A stretch of DNA of 64,000 nt, taken from the IMG/VR virus record IMGVR_UViG_3300030098_006784, positions 4,833 to 68,832 of that record. One strand, 5' to 3'. The notes under the pieces are model-generated. The model had not been told where the DNA came from, ran no database searches, and worked only from the letters and a program-made list of their open reading frames with translations. Positions within the stretch are counted from its first letter, which is position 1; every line of letters begins with the position of its first letter. Origin of the DNA: a virus. Both the position numbers and the translations under genes were made by a program. This document shows positions 8,937 to 18,211 of this stretch, in pieces.

Positions 8937-9259
8937 CCCTGTACTGCGTCCAGACTCCCTGGTCAGGATACCTTCTCCCCGGGGAATACCCCGACTGCTT
9001 CCAATGGTTCTCTTCGGGGGCGGAGGCACGAGCCTACGCACGGGAAAGCGCGAGAGATGAGTTCTGGGATGAGACGGCCATGCTCCCTGTAAACGTTGGG
9101 GACATGGATTACCGAGGGGTGGTGGTTTGGAAGGTGACCATGCCTCGCCTCAGCCCTAAGAAGCTCGCCCTCTGGATGAGCAGGAACGCCACGCTCCCCT
9201 GCGGAGAGGCGGTCTACCTCGTAGAGTACGCCGAGAAAGACGACTTCGAGTACGAGTGA
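8933..9259 (+). CDS. Hypothetical protein
   Basis: ATGA overlap; SD GAGGA. Confidence 0.7.
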   Translation: MTLYCVQTPWSGYLLPGEYPDCFQWFSSGAEARAYARESARDEFWDETAMLPVNVGDMDYRGVVVWKVTMPRLSPKKLALWMSRNATLPCGEAVYLVEYAEKDDFEYE

Positions 9260-9336
9260 CATTCTTTGACAAAGAAAGGGTTTACCCCCTTGGTCAAAGC
9301 ACTTACCTTCTACTCGTCAACCAATCGGAGACTGAC

Positions 9337-9885
9337 ATGAACACCCCCGCACTCCCCGACAACCCCGTCGTCTTCATGCTCATCGACGGCTTGAACTTCG
9401 AGCGCTGCTTCGCCACGGTCACGGGACTGATGGCGGCGGTCATGGAAGGCACCGACGAGTACGTCCGAGAAGAGATCGAGAAGCACAACGCGTGCGAGCA
9501 CCTCCGCCGCTGGGCGATGAGTGCTGAGCCGGGCGACCTGGTTGACGGCTGGTACCACATCAGCTGGATCGTGGCGGTCAAGCGTAAGCCGCGCAACGAG
9601 CACGACGACGTACACCTGAGCTGGTCGTGGGAAGACTACGACGAGTTCGTCGAGGCTGACCGCCAGCTGCGACCCCTCGTCGGGCTGCGCCTGACTCAGA
9701 CCCCCGAAGGCTGGCGACTCGAAGACGTGCGTCAAGGCGACCCCCGAGTGAAGTCTGAGGGGTGGGCGTGGCGCTTCCCCGTCTCCGAGTACGAGTACGC
9801 GCTCGACCTCGTCAAGCGCCTGGCGAAGACCCGCGGCGAGCAGTGGCTCGACTGTACCTCAGTCTTGTCGTACGCCGCCGAGTGA
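9337..9885 (+). CDS. Hypothetical protein
   Basis: ATG 9337 with GGAG; TTGACA box at 9266. Confidence 0.7.
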   Translation: MNTPALPDNPVVFMLIDGLNFERCFATVTGLMAAVMEGTDEYVREEIEKHNACEHLRRWAMSAEPGDLVDGWYHISWIVAVKRKPRNEHDDVHLSWSWEDYDEFVEADRQLRPLVGLRLTQTPEGWRLEDVRQGDPRVKSEGWAWRFPVSEYEYALDLVKRLAKTRGEQWLDCTSVLSYAAE

Positions 9886-10367
9886 CATCAAGCGACATCA
9901 AACGACTTGCCTTCGGGCAGAAAGCGTTTACCTTCTACTTGTCAACAGGAGACCCCGTGTCCATCGAGTTCTACCGAAATCTCAACGCCAAGAAGGACTT
10001 CGACACCTGGAGTCTGCGAATGAACGGCAAGGTCGTCGGACACATGTCTGGCGTGCTGCTGCGAGGCAAGTGCAAGTTCGTCGTCCAGCCTGCGGGCTCT
10101 GCTCGTGTGGCGGCGACGCAGCGCAAGAACGTCCACGCGTTCGTGCGCGCCGACGACATGGTCGAGATGTCCCCGACTCGGAAGACGCGCCGGGAGTTGC
10201 TCGCGGACGCGCCGCTGTTTCAGCCGTGGTGCCAGGTGAGCTACCGCCCCAAGCAGGGGTGGACCGAGTTCCGCTGGGTCAGCGGTCCGAAGCAGGGTCA
10301 GCCCGTGGGTCGGTGCGCCTACGTCTACCTGCTGAGCGATGGCTCTTGCTGGGCGACCGAGCGATGA
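9882..10367 (+). CDS. Conserved phage hypothetical protein (start uncertain)
   Basis: FYRNLN..WS..GKVVGH..FVVQPAG..RKNVHAFV pattern of a widespread phage family. Confidence 0.7.
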   Translation: MTSSDIKRLAFGQKAFTFYLSTGDPVSIEFYRNLNAKKDFDTWSLRMNGKVVGHMSGVLLRGKCKFVVQPAGSARVAATQRKNVHAFVRADDMVEMSPTRKTRRELLADAPLFQPWCQVSYRPKQGWTEFRWVSGPKQGQPVGRCAYVYLLSDGSCWATER

Positions 10368-10699
10368 TTCACGCAAGCATTCAGTGGGGAGGCGACACCT
10401 GGGAGGTCGCCATCGCGCTGGACAACAGCGCGACGATCACGTCCAGCCGCTTCCAGCGACAAGGGACGTTCTGCGGGGAACTCCTGCACGACTTCACGGG
10501 ACGCAACTTCGTCCCCGAGCAGGTCTTGGGCCTGCTGGGGCAAGCCCTGGGAGAGCAAGCATCCGCCGTCTCCCGCGAGCGTGGGTGGCCGTCCAAGTGC
10601 ATCCGCTGTGGCGCGGTGCTGGACACGGACGAGGGAGCCCAGACGGGCGTCTGCCCGGACTGCTGGACCTGGGAAGACGGGGCGGTGAGCGATGAGTGA
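10364..10699 (+). CDS. Hypothetical protein with C-terminal zinc ribbon
   Basis: ATGA overlap; CIRC...CPDC. Confidence 0.65.
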   Translation: MIHASIQWGGDTWEVAIALDNSATITSSRFQRQGTFCGELLHDFTGRNFVPEQVLGLLGQALGEQASAVSRERGWPSKCIRCGAVLDTDEGAQTGVCPDCWTWEDGAVSDE

Positions 10700-10871
10700 G
10701 GCAACCTGCCCCAACTGTGGAGTGCCCGTGGCTCGCGACAGCGAGGGCTGCGAGAGCCACCGGGCTCGACGGCATCCCATCCGTCGGGTCACGCGGGCCG
10801 GTGAGATCCGTGTCTACTGTGCCGTGGCGGGTTGCGACTTGACCCGACCTCGATGCAAGGGAGGTGAGTGA
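10692..10871 (+). CDS. Small Cys-rich protein (59 aa)
   Basis: MSEATCPNCG; overlaps both neighbours. Confidence 0.5.
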   Translation: MSEATCPNCGVPVARDSEGCESHRARRHPIRRVTRAGEIRVYCAVAGCDLTRPRCKGGE

Positions 10872-11299
10872 TGAGCGTAACGTTCTGGATTCCTGACGCT
10901 CCGCGCGTCAAAGTCGAGTGCGATTTCTGCCGAGACTACGGCACCCCTGAGCGACACGGCGGGAAGTGCTCGCCCTGGTGTACAGGTGAGCGGTTGGAGT
11001 CGACGGCACCCGAGGCCAACTTCAGCAACTACAACGCCTACGGCGTCCTGGCCCTGTTGGGTCTGGGCACCGAAGAGCCGTGCGGTTCTTTGGCGCACAA
11101 GGACATCCCGAAGGTGCTCCAGCAGCTCATGCTCGTCTGCGAGACGGACCGCATCAGCTACCTCGACCAGCCGCCCTCGAACGAGGGGCGGGTCATCTAC
11201 GGGGGGAACACCAGCGAAGACACACGCCGTCGTCTTGAGGCGGTGCGGGCGGTGCTCGATGCCGCGGCGAAGGGCGGATGGAAAGTCGTCTGGGGGTGA
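10871..11299 (+). CDS. Hypothetical protein with zinc finger
   Basis: SD GGAGGT; CDFC...CSPWCTG; NFSNYNA. Confidence 0.7.
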   Translation: MSVTFWIPDAPRVKVECDFCRDYGTPERHGGKCSPWCTGERLESTAPEANFSNYNAYGVLALLGLGTEEPCGSLAHKDIPKVLQQLMLVCETDRISYLDQPPSNEGRVIYGGNTSEDTRRRLEAVRAVLDAAAKGGWKVVWG

Positions 11300-11539
11300 C
11301 TACTCTTCGCCCATCATCGACGACTCATCGCTCTCCTCGACGCCCTTGTCGAGCATCTCCTGAGCGGCAGCCAAAGCAGCGCACGCGATGTCGAGCTTGG
11401 CCTTAACCTCATCGAGCTCCGACGACTCACCCGCAGGTTCCAGGCCGTAGACGTCAGCCTGCTCCGGGTCGTGCATCTGAGCCTTCTTCTTCACGGCTTC
11501 GGCCCAGGTGTCCATGGGCAGGATGGCGATCTTCATCAT
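11300..11539 (-). CDS. Small acidic protein, apparently leaderless
   Basis: TGtTATGCT 6 nt before ATG; abuts the stop of the convergent gene. Confidence 0.55.
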   Translation of the reverse strand: MMKIAILPMDTWAEAVKKKAQMHDPEQADVYGLEPAGESSELDEVKAKLDIACAALAAAQEMLDKGVEESDESSMMGEE

Positions 11540-11670
11540 GCGAAGAGCATAACACGCCGCCGCGGACTCGACTCAACGACAATTCTTGACGTTCTTCTAC
11601 GTCTCTTAGCCTTGACATTTTCGCATCAAGGTTTACTCTACCCTTACTCAACAACAGGAGCAACACACGC

Positions 11671-11847
11671 ATGATCAAATGGTTTGATCGTCGACCCGGA
11701 TGCCTGGCTCTTCATGCGCTCAACATCATGATGGCCTTTGGGATCGCGTCGAACATCTACGAGGACTACGGCGAGCTTCTCTGGCTTCCCGTCTTCCTCT
11801 TCTGGCTCCACAACTTCGTTGTCGTCGAACTGATGTGTGACGCATGA
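11671..11847 (+). CDS. Small membrane protein (58 aa)
   Basis: Promoter TTGACA-16-TACTCT at 11612; SD AGGAG; two hydrophobic segments. Confidence 0.6.
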   Translation: MIKWFDRRPGCLALHALNIMMAFGIASNIYEDYGELLWLPVFLFWLHNFVVVELMCDA

Positions 11848-12710
11848 GCGGTCCTCTCAACCTCGCGATCGTCGGCGGCAGCAAGCAGCAGCTCAGCGAC
11901 AGCTTTCGGAAGAAGCTGGAGCGGTTGTTCCTGTTCCCCATCTCGCACAAGAAGGGCTCTCGATTCGGCGGCTCTTCGACCTTCACGTTGCCGAAGTCGA
12001 CGGAGATCATCTGGGTCGTGTCGAGCTCTTGCTCTCACACGCAGAACGATCGAGCGAAGATGGAGGCGCTTCGCCTTGGTGTCCCGTTGTTCCTCGGCGA
12101 GCACAAGATGTCCCGCTGGAACATGGACGTGTTCGCCCGTGCGCAGCGCGAAGCTTGGCGGCGGAAGCGAGAGAACGCTCAGTCGTTGTTCACCCATGAC
12201 TCTGTCGAACCACAACTCAGTAAGGACAAGCCGCCGATGCCTGCGTCGACCTACTCGGACATCTACGCCAGTGTGAAGCACGCCTGCGTTGAGCAACAAC
12301 GCGCCCCCTCACTCTCCGCTTTGGGTGATCTGTGTCGGAGTCAGGGCTTGTCGATCAGCAACGTACGACTGCTTGAGATCCGCAACGACGTCACCCAAGA
12401 GCTCGGGTTCGTCAAGTACCGTCGCATCTGGGTCTCGCCCGAAAAGAAGCGACGCTTGGTTCAGGAGCAGCAGCCGAAGTCGGGTCGAAGGAACCCGCCG
12501 AACCCGACTCCGTTGCCGAAGCCGCCGAAGAGCGGTACTGGCGACGACTTCGACGCTCTGATCGAGATGACCGCTCAGCTGTTGAAGACTGCTGAGGCTG
12601 AAGAGCTTCGACTCCAGCAGCTCTACCAGAACGCGCGAAAGCGGAAGCTCCGCTTGTTGGCTGCGCACACAGCTATGGTCCGCAACCCTGTTCCTGAGAC
12701 TGAACAATGA
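11844..12710 (+). CDS. DUF2325-like domain protein with coiled-coil C-terminus
   Basis: LAIVGG..LP..IIWV..CSH..AK..ALRLGVP pattern. Confidence 0.6.
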   Translation: MSGPLNLAIVGGSKQQLSDSFRKKLERLFLFPISHKKGSRFGGSSTFTLPKSTEIIWVVSSSCSHTQNDRAKMEALRLGVPLFLGEHKMSRWNMDVFARAQREAWRRKRENAQSLFTHDSVEPQLSKDKPPMPASTYSDIYASVKHACVEQQRAPSLSALGDLCRSQGLSISNVRLLEIRNDVTQELGFVKYRRIWVSPEKKRRLVQEQQPKSGRRNPPNPTPLPKPPKSGTGDDFDALIEMTAQLLKTAEAEELRLQQLYQNARKRKLRLLAAHTAMVRNPVPETEQ

Positions 12711-13033
12711 ACGCAAAGAAGAACGAGCACCTCATCGCCCACGACAACGACTGGGAGAAGATGCCGGAAGAGTTGCGTCACGCGCTGCTTGCTGCGTGTC
12801 GCGGACGCTTCCAGCGTGAGCTCCTCCGAGGTCTGTCTCGTTGGTCCTGCACCGACCGGGGCTCGTACAAGAACCGCTACCTGGAGAGCCGCGACAACAT
12901 GGTCGAGCGTGCGCGCTCTCGCCTGGCTCCTACCCACGATTGCGAGTTGCAAGTGGTAGATGTCGGAACCCGCTACGATGAACTGCGGCTGGTTGTCATC
13001 CGCCGAGGAGGAGAAGGACGATGGGTGCTGTGA
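12707..13033 (+). CDS. Hypothetical protein
   Basis: ATGA overlap. Confidence 0.65.
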   Translation: MNAKKNEHLIAHDNDWEKMPEELRHALLAACRGRFQRELLRGLSRWSCTDRGSYKNRYLESRDNMVERARSRLAPTHDCELQVVDVGTRYDELRLVVIRRGGEGRWVL

Positions 13034-13275
13034 AGTATCAGGTTCACGTCGACGACCGCATCGAGACCTACGCTGACATCTGCGTCGACGTCACTTCTTG
13101 TCAAGAGTGGGTCGTGACCGGCTATTCAGAGCCGAGTCAGTCGGGCATCTCGACGCACCTTCTGGCGGATCGACCGCTCAAGGTCAGTCAGTGGGTTCGA
13201 GAGCATATTGTGGAGATCCGACCCGAGATGACGAAGCAGATCAAGTCGATCTATTGGGGCGGAGAACTGGCATGA
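13021..13275 (+). CDS. Hypothetical protein
   Basis: SD AGGA/GGAG; overlaps neighbours. Confidence 0.55.
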   Translation: MGAVKYQVHVDDRIETYADICVDVTSCQEWVVTGYSEPSQSGISTHLLADRPLKVSQWVREHIVEIRPEMTKQIKSIYWGGELA

Positions 13276-13363
13276 TGTCACTTGCTTTGGCTGTGATCGT
13301 TTCGCTGTTGGTGCTTCTCGGCCTGCTCGAATGCCGCGGAGAAGGAATCTGATAGGAGGTCTG

Positions 13364-13891
13364 ATGCACTTGGAAAAGTCTGTCATCCGCGTCGCCATGC
13401 ACCAGCTCACGCCGAAGGGTGTGGGAGACAAGATCGGCTACGTCACTCTCAGCGACACCGCAGGCGGACTGCTGCTCGAACCTGAGGTGTGTGGTCTTTC
13501 CCCGGGGCAGCACGGCTTCCACATCCACGAAGTCGGCGACGTAAAGCCTAAGGACGGTACGCCGGGGGGCATGGCAGGCGAGCACTACGACCCGGAGAAG
13601 ACGGGGAAGCATCTCGGACCCTACCGAGACGGCCATCGAGGGGACCTACCACGACTGACTGTGGACTCAGATGGCGTTGCGAGAACTCCTGTGCGTGCTC
13701 CGCGCCTGACCCTGGACGAGGTAAAGGACCGCGCGCTCATCATCCACAGCGGCGGCGACAACTACTCCGACAAGCCGAAGCCCAACGGCGGAGGCGAGAA
13801 GCGAATCGTTGGCGGGGTCATCACCAACAGTTGCCCGTACTGTCGGCAGAAGCTGCTCGTAAAAGTTGCTGTTGTGACGTCCGAGGGTTGA
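13364..13891 (+). CDS. sodC: Cu/Zn superoxide dismutase
   Basis: HGFHIH, GEHYDP, HLGPY..GHRGDLP, RALIIH, GDNYSD.P.P.GGG..R; SD GGAGGT. Confidence 0.95.
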   Translation: MHLEKSVIRVAMHQLTPKGVGDKIGYVTLSDTAGGLLLEPEVCGLSPGQHGFHIHEVGDVKPKDGTPGGMAGEHYDPEKTGKHLGPYRDGHRGDLPRLTVDSDGVARTPVRAPRLTLDEVKDRALIIHSGGDNYSDKPKPNGGGEKRIVGGVITNSCPYCRQKLLVKVAVVTSEG

Positions 13892-13920
13892 CGCTTCTGC
13901 AGAGGCGCTTACCCTCTCAT

Positions 13921-14082
13921 ACAAGGGCGGCACCGGTTGTGCGCCGAGTGGGGGCTCCAGGCCCGCTGAGCACCAGCGTAATACCACTCGGCGTCAATTG
14001 AGGAAGCATGGCACTGCTTGGATAATGGGCGGTGTCGAAGGCGGTGTCGGAGTCGGGAAGTAGGGAACCCGGCTCACTTTCT
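13921..14082 (+). ncRNA. Candidate structured ncRNA (~160 nt)
   Basis: Promoter TTGACG-16-TACCCT (13888-13915); nested helices; terminator-like hairpin 14050-14075; no credible ORF. Confidence 0.5.
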
Positions 14083-14148
14083 ACAACAACGTAGGTTGAC
14101 GTTTTCGCAAAAGCGCTTACACTCTACGTCTATCGTTCAGAGGAATCC

Positions 14149-16143
14149 ATGAGCTCGAAGAAGCCCGACTTCATCGCCCGCGTTTCGTCCAACCTCAAGA
14201 GCAGGGACGGCGCACCTTGGTCTGTCGACCTGCACTCGAAGACGCTGATTGTCGGTCCGAACGGGAGCCGCAAGACGGCAGTCGTTCAGGCGCTGGAACT
14301 CGCCGTGGGAGCTTTCAGCTCCGACGTGAACGGCAAGCTCTCTCCGGTCAAGGCGGGGGCGACCCTCTTCGGCATGGTGCCTGGGCAGGAAGTGCATGCG
14401 ACGGCGATGACCGACGAGGGGCACACCTACACCTACGACCGCCGCATCGACGGCACGACCATCAAGAACGCTCAGCACTCGGGGCCTGGCGTCCAGGTGT
14501 TCCCGTTGCACACCATCCGGGAAGCGCTGCAAGCGGGGCCGGACAAGGCGAAGAAGATGCTCTTGAAGCTGGTGGTCGGCGAGGCGACGGAAGCTGACGT
14601 GCTGGCCTTTGTTCCGGCGGATGTGCATGAGCGCTACCGTACGGTCGCGAAGGGGCAGAGCGGCAACGAGCTCGACACGCTGCTCTTCGTCGAGAAGTAC
14701 GCGAGCGACAAGAAGCGAGCCTTCAGCAAGGAGAGTCGTGAAGCTGAAGTGCGGCACGATCGACTGGCGTCTCAGTTGTCGGCGCGTCCGACCGAGCGGC
14801 ACATCGAGCAGTTGTCGGAAGAAATCGAACAGCTCCGGCAGGAGTTGACGGGTGCCCCCTCGGCGGCACGCGTTGAGCTGCTGGGTGAGTTCAGCGGTGC
14901 GCAGGTTCAGAACGCAGAAGCGAACCTTGAGGCGTGGCGTGCTCGGGAGAAGGAAGAGCGTCAGGACAAGATGGGCGACCTCGACAAGCAGTTCGTCTTC
15001 GCGACGTCGGCAGTTGACGCGCTTGAGTACGCCGTCGAGAAGGAGTGGGACCAATGCCCGCTGTGTTCGTATGGCGGCAAGGGCAACGGGCAGATGAAGG
15101 GTCACCTGAGTCGCTGTCTGGAGTTCCAGCTTGAGCGTCAAGAGACGCTCGACAAGGAGATCATGCAGGTCGAAGCCAGCCTGGAGTCGACGGCGGCGGT
15201 CCAGCAGTGGCGGGGACATCTCGATGAGCTCAAGAGCCAGGCTGCGCCGTCTTCCGGGGTGAACCCGGCGACGGTCGACGCCTTGGTGGACAAGGTCGGA
15301 GCGTTGGTCCGGTCGCAGCACCTGTGTACTCAGTGGGACGAAGTCAACCACGCACTGGCGCAGAGCCGAACGGCTGCGGCTCGTTCGCAGGAGTATAAGC
15401 AGCTGGAGTCTGCATGCGCTGCGGCGATTCACGCCCTCATGGCGCGCGGGATGAAGGACTACCTCGACCGCACCAACCGCTACCTGCCCCTGGATTGGGC
15501 GGTAGACATCGTGCTCGAAGACAACAAGCGTGCGGCCTTCCGTGTCGGCATCGTCCGCAACGGCGTCGTCCACGCAGGGTTGAGCGGGGGCGAGTGGAGC
15601 GCCGTAACGGCTGCGCTGGCGATGGCTGCTGCCGACCCGACGAAGCTGACGGTCATCGTGCCGGAAGACCGCGCGTGGGACGCAGCGCGTCTGCGCAAGG
15701 TGATGGTGCGCTTCGGGCGCTTCCCGGGCCAGGTCATCATGACGTCGACGGTACGCTTCAAGGGGCGCTGCCCGAAGAACTGGGAAGTCATCAACTCGCA
15801 GGGCCAAGAGTTCCTCGCCCCCGATGTGCCGGATGACGACGACGGCGGTCTCGAGGACGTCATCGAACCCGAAGTCGTTGAGCCCGAAGTCGTTGAGCCT
15901 AAGCCAGGCTGGGCACCGAACGACAGCCCTGGCTGGAACGCGCCATCTTCGGATCTGACGCCTGAGCCGCCGCCCCAGGGTCCTCACCCCTCAGCGGTGC
16001 TTCAGATGCGCTCTCTGGGATTTAACGATGAGCAGATTCAGCGCGCCAGTGTTGCAACGGTGGGCGCTTTGATCCGGCGGGGACTGATGTCGACCCAGGT
16101 GGACATCACGCCGGACGGCGGATGGCTGGAGCTGGTTTCGTGA
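14149..16143 (+). CDS. Rad50/SbcC-like ABC ATPase
   Basis: Walker A GPNGSRKT, coiled coils, zinc hook CPLC, signature LSGGE, atypical Walker B IVPEDRAWD, QVIMTS. Confidence 0.85.
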   Translation: MSSKKPDFIARVSSNLKSRDGAPWSVDLHSKTLIVGPNGSRKTAVVQALELAVGAFSSDVNGKLSPVKAGATLFGMVPGQEVHATAMTDEGHTYTYDRRIDGTTIKNAQHSGPGVQVFPLHTIREALQAGPDKAKKMLLKLVVGEATEADVLAFVPADVHERYRTVAKGQSGNELDTLLFVEKYASDKKRAFSKESREAEVRHDRLASQLSARPTERHIEQLSEEIEQLRQELTGAPSAARVELLGEFSGAQVQNAEANLEAWRAREKEERQDKMGDLDKQFVFATSAVDALEYAVEKEWDQCPLCSYGGKGNGQMKGHLSRCLEFQLERQETLDKEIMQVEASLESTAAVQQWRGHLDELKSQAAPSSGVNPATVDALVDKVGALVRSQHLCTQWDEVNHALAQSRTAAARSQEYKQLESACAAAIHALMARGMKDYLDRTNRYLPLDWAVDIVLEDNKRAAFRVGIVRNGVVHAGLSGGEWSAVTAALAMAAADPTKLTVIVPEDRAWDAARLRKVMVRFGRFPGQVIMTSTVRFKGRCPKNWEVINSQGQEFLAPDVPDDDDGGLEDVIEPEVVEPEVVEPKPGWAPNDSPGWNAPSSDLTPEPPPQGPHPSAVLQMRSLGFNDEQIQRASVATVGALIRRGLMSTQVDITPDGGWLELVS

Positions 16144-16424
16144 CGCCGCTCGAGGTGATCGAAGCTTTGGCTGAAAGCGGCGAAGAGATCCTGCTGGCTG
16201 ATGGGTTTGAGGACGCGCTACTGGGTGCGACTCAGACCTTTGAGCGTGGCGGCTACCGATACCGAGCAGTCTACTCGGTACGTGGATGCGTCGAGATCTT
16301 GATGCGTCAAGGCAGTACCTACGAGCGAGCAGTCGAATACCTCGATTACAACACTCTCGGCGCGTATTGCGGAGAAGGTACACCTTCCTTCCTGCTCGAT
16401 CTGGAGCATGAATACCGGCTTTGA
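16140..16424 (+). CDS. Conserved phage hypothetical protein
   Basis: LLADGFEDALLG..AVYS..AVEYLDYNTLGAY.GE.TP family motif; GTGA overlap. Confidence 0.75.
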   Translation: MTPLEVIEALAESGEEILLADGFEDALLGATQTFERGGYRYRAVYSVRGCVEILMRQGSTYERAVEYLDYNTLGAYCGEGTPSFLLDLEHEYRL

Positions 16425-16573
16425 CATTTAGTGACAGCCGAGGTAGCTTTCATCCACAGCTGGAAGCTGCTGCGGCGCTGTCGTTCGCCGGAGCCTTTGG
16501 ACGTAGCCGGGAGCTGCCCAGGGGTGCCGAGGTACGTCTGGGTTGTAGCTCTTCTTCTTCATAGGAGATCCTC

Positions 16574-17500
16574 ATGCCCCGCACTCCCGTTTACAAGTCC
16601 GACCTCATCATCCCGCCGTCCAACATCGACAACCTCGGGCGGGTCGAAGTCAAGAACATCGGCGCCAAGATCAGCGCTGGTGACATCGTCGCCGTTGTCG
16701 CTGCGGACTCCTCCGCGCTGCACGTCAAGCTCGCCGACGCGAACGCTGGCGACATCTCCCAGACGGGCAAGCTGTTGGTCGCGCTGCAGACCATCGCCGC
16801 CACCGACGGGCGGGGCTACTGCGCCAACTGGTACAAGGAGACGGGACTCAACACCAGCGCCCTCTCCGTCGGCGCCCCCATCTACCTGAGCGACACCGCG
16901 GGCGCGCGTACCTCGGCTGCTCCGGCTGTCCGCCGCCAGGTCGGCATCGTCACCGTCTCCCACGCTTCGACGGGTGAGTACCTGCTCTGGCCGGCTCAGT
17001 ACGAGGCGCGCCGTGCGGACCACGCCAGCATCGCGGCGAGCTCGGAGCACGAGAACACCACCACCGAGGCGCTGTTCGACACCACCTACACCATTCCGGC
17101 GAACACCCTGAAGGTCGGCTCGGTCATCAAGATCAAGTACATGGGTATGGTCGTCGACAACAACAGCACCGACACCCTGACCATCAAGCTCTACCTCGGC
17201 GGACTCAGCGGCACCGCTCTGCTGACGGGTACTGCGACCGACGTCGCCGACAACGACATCTTCTGTGGTGAGGCCACGGTGGTTGTGCGGACCATCGGCG
17301 GATCGGGCACCTTCGTCGCGTACGGTACCCTCGCTGACGTTCCCGCGGCCTCGGGTACGGCTGCGCCGAAGTACGAGGCTGTGGCCTCCACCGCCATCGA
17401 CACCACCGCGGCTCAGGTCATCGGTGTTGGCGCTGACTGGAGCGTGGCCCACGCTGACAACGAGTGCCGTCTCGAGATGCTCGTCGTGGAGATCCTGTGA
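16574..17500 (+). CDS. Virion structural protein (capsid cement/decoration-like N-domain plus beta-rich C-domain)
   Basis: ISAGDIV..ADA..GAPIYLSDTAG..QVG pattern; strong codon bias; promoter TTGACA-17-TAGCTT at 16421; SD AGGAG. Confidence 0.65.
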   Translation: MPRTPVYKSDLIIPPSNIDNLGRVEVKNIGAKISAGDIVAVVAADSSALHVKLADANAGDISQTGKLLVALQTIAATDGRGYCANWYKETGLNTSALSVGAPIYLSDTAGARTSAAPAVRRQVGIVTVSHASTGEYLLWPAQYEARRADHASIAASSEHENTTTEALFDTTYTIPANTLKVGSVIKIKYMGMVVDNNSTDTLTIKLYLGGLSGTALLTGTATDVADNDIFCGEATVVVRTIGGSGTFVAYGTLADVPAASGTAAPKYEAVASTAIDTTAAQVIGVGADWSVAHADNECRLEMLVVEIL

Positions 17501-17862
17501 CCGCCAAGAAGCCCGCCGCCAAGAAGCCCGCTGCGCGTAAGCGTAAGGCTCCTGCGAAGAAGTCCCCTGCGAAGAAGGTCGCCGAGAACAAGACGATCCC
17601 TGCGATCAAGGCCAAGATCAAGGCGCGTTTCGAGGGCAAGAAGCCCGAGGACGCGCTGGAAGACGCGATCGACCTGTTGGTCGAGGCGTCCCAGGTCCTC
17701 AGCGCCGTGGAGCATGTGGTCAGCGACTCCGTGGGCATTCTCCAGCATCTGAAGGGCGGACGAATCATGTCTGCCTTGGACGAGCTCCGGGAGCTGCCCG
17801 CGGATATCAGCAAGCTTCAGAAGGAAGTGCGTGACTTCAAGGCTGTCCTGCTCAAGAAGTAG
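17497..17862 (+). CDS. Protein with histone H1-like Lys/Ala/Pro N-terminus
   Basis: AKKPAAKKPAARKRKAPAKKSPAKK; GTGA overlap. Confidence 0.75.
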   Translation: MTAKKPAAKKPAARKRKAPAKKSPAKKVAENKTIPAIKAKIKARFEGKKPEDALEDAIDLLVEASQVLSAVEHVVSDSVGILQHLKGGRIMSALDELRELPADISKLQKEVRDFKAVLLKK

Positions 17863-17869
17863 ACGTCTG

Positions 17870-18211
17870 ATGTCTGACTCTCAGCGTAAGCCTCCCTCGG
17901 GCGTTGTCGCCGAGGTCAAGCGTGGTCTTGAGTGGCACAAGGAAGGCCACAGCGGCGACGGGCTAAAGCCTGAAACCGTAGCGTGGGCTCGCCGGTTCGC
18001 TCGGGGCGACAACATCAGCGTCGACAAAGCCATCAAGATGCGCGCCTGGTTGGCGCGCCACAAGGTGGACAAGAAGGGCGAAGGCTTCTCACCCGGAGAG
18101 AAGGGTTACCCGTCTCCGGGGAGAGTTGCCTGGGCTCTTTGGGGCGGCGACGCAGGCGTGGGTTGGTCCAACCGTGTGGCCAACGCCGCCGAGAAGAAAA
18201 AGAAGAAGTAG
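17870..18211 (+). CDS. Conserved phage head-associated small protein
   Basis: AEVKRGLEW..G...VAWAR..M.AWLARH..PSPGRVAWALWGGDAG..W; poly-Lys tail. Confidence 0.7.
   Translation: MSDSQRKPPSGVVAEVKRGLEWHKEGHSGDGLKPETVAWARRFARGDNISVDKAIKMRAWLARHKVDKKGEGFSPGEKGYPSPGRVAWALWGGDAGVGWSNRVANAAEKKKKK

Noticed and set aside
13921-14082. tRNA or hammerhead ribozyme
   Set aside because: No cloverleaf, TTCRA loop or CCA end; no CUGANGA/GAAA core
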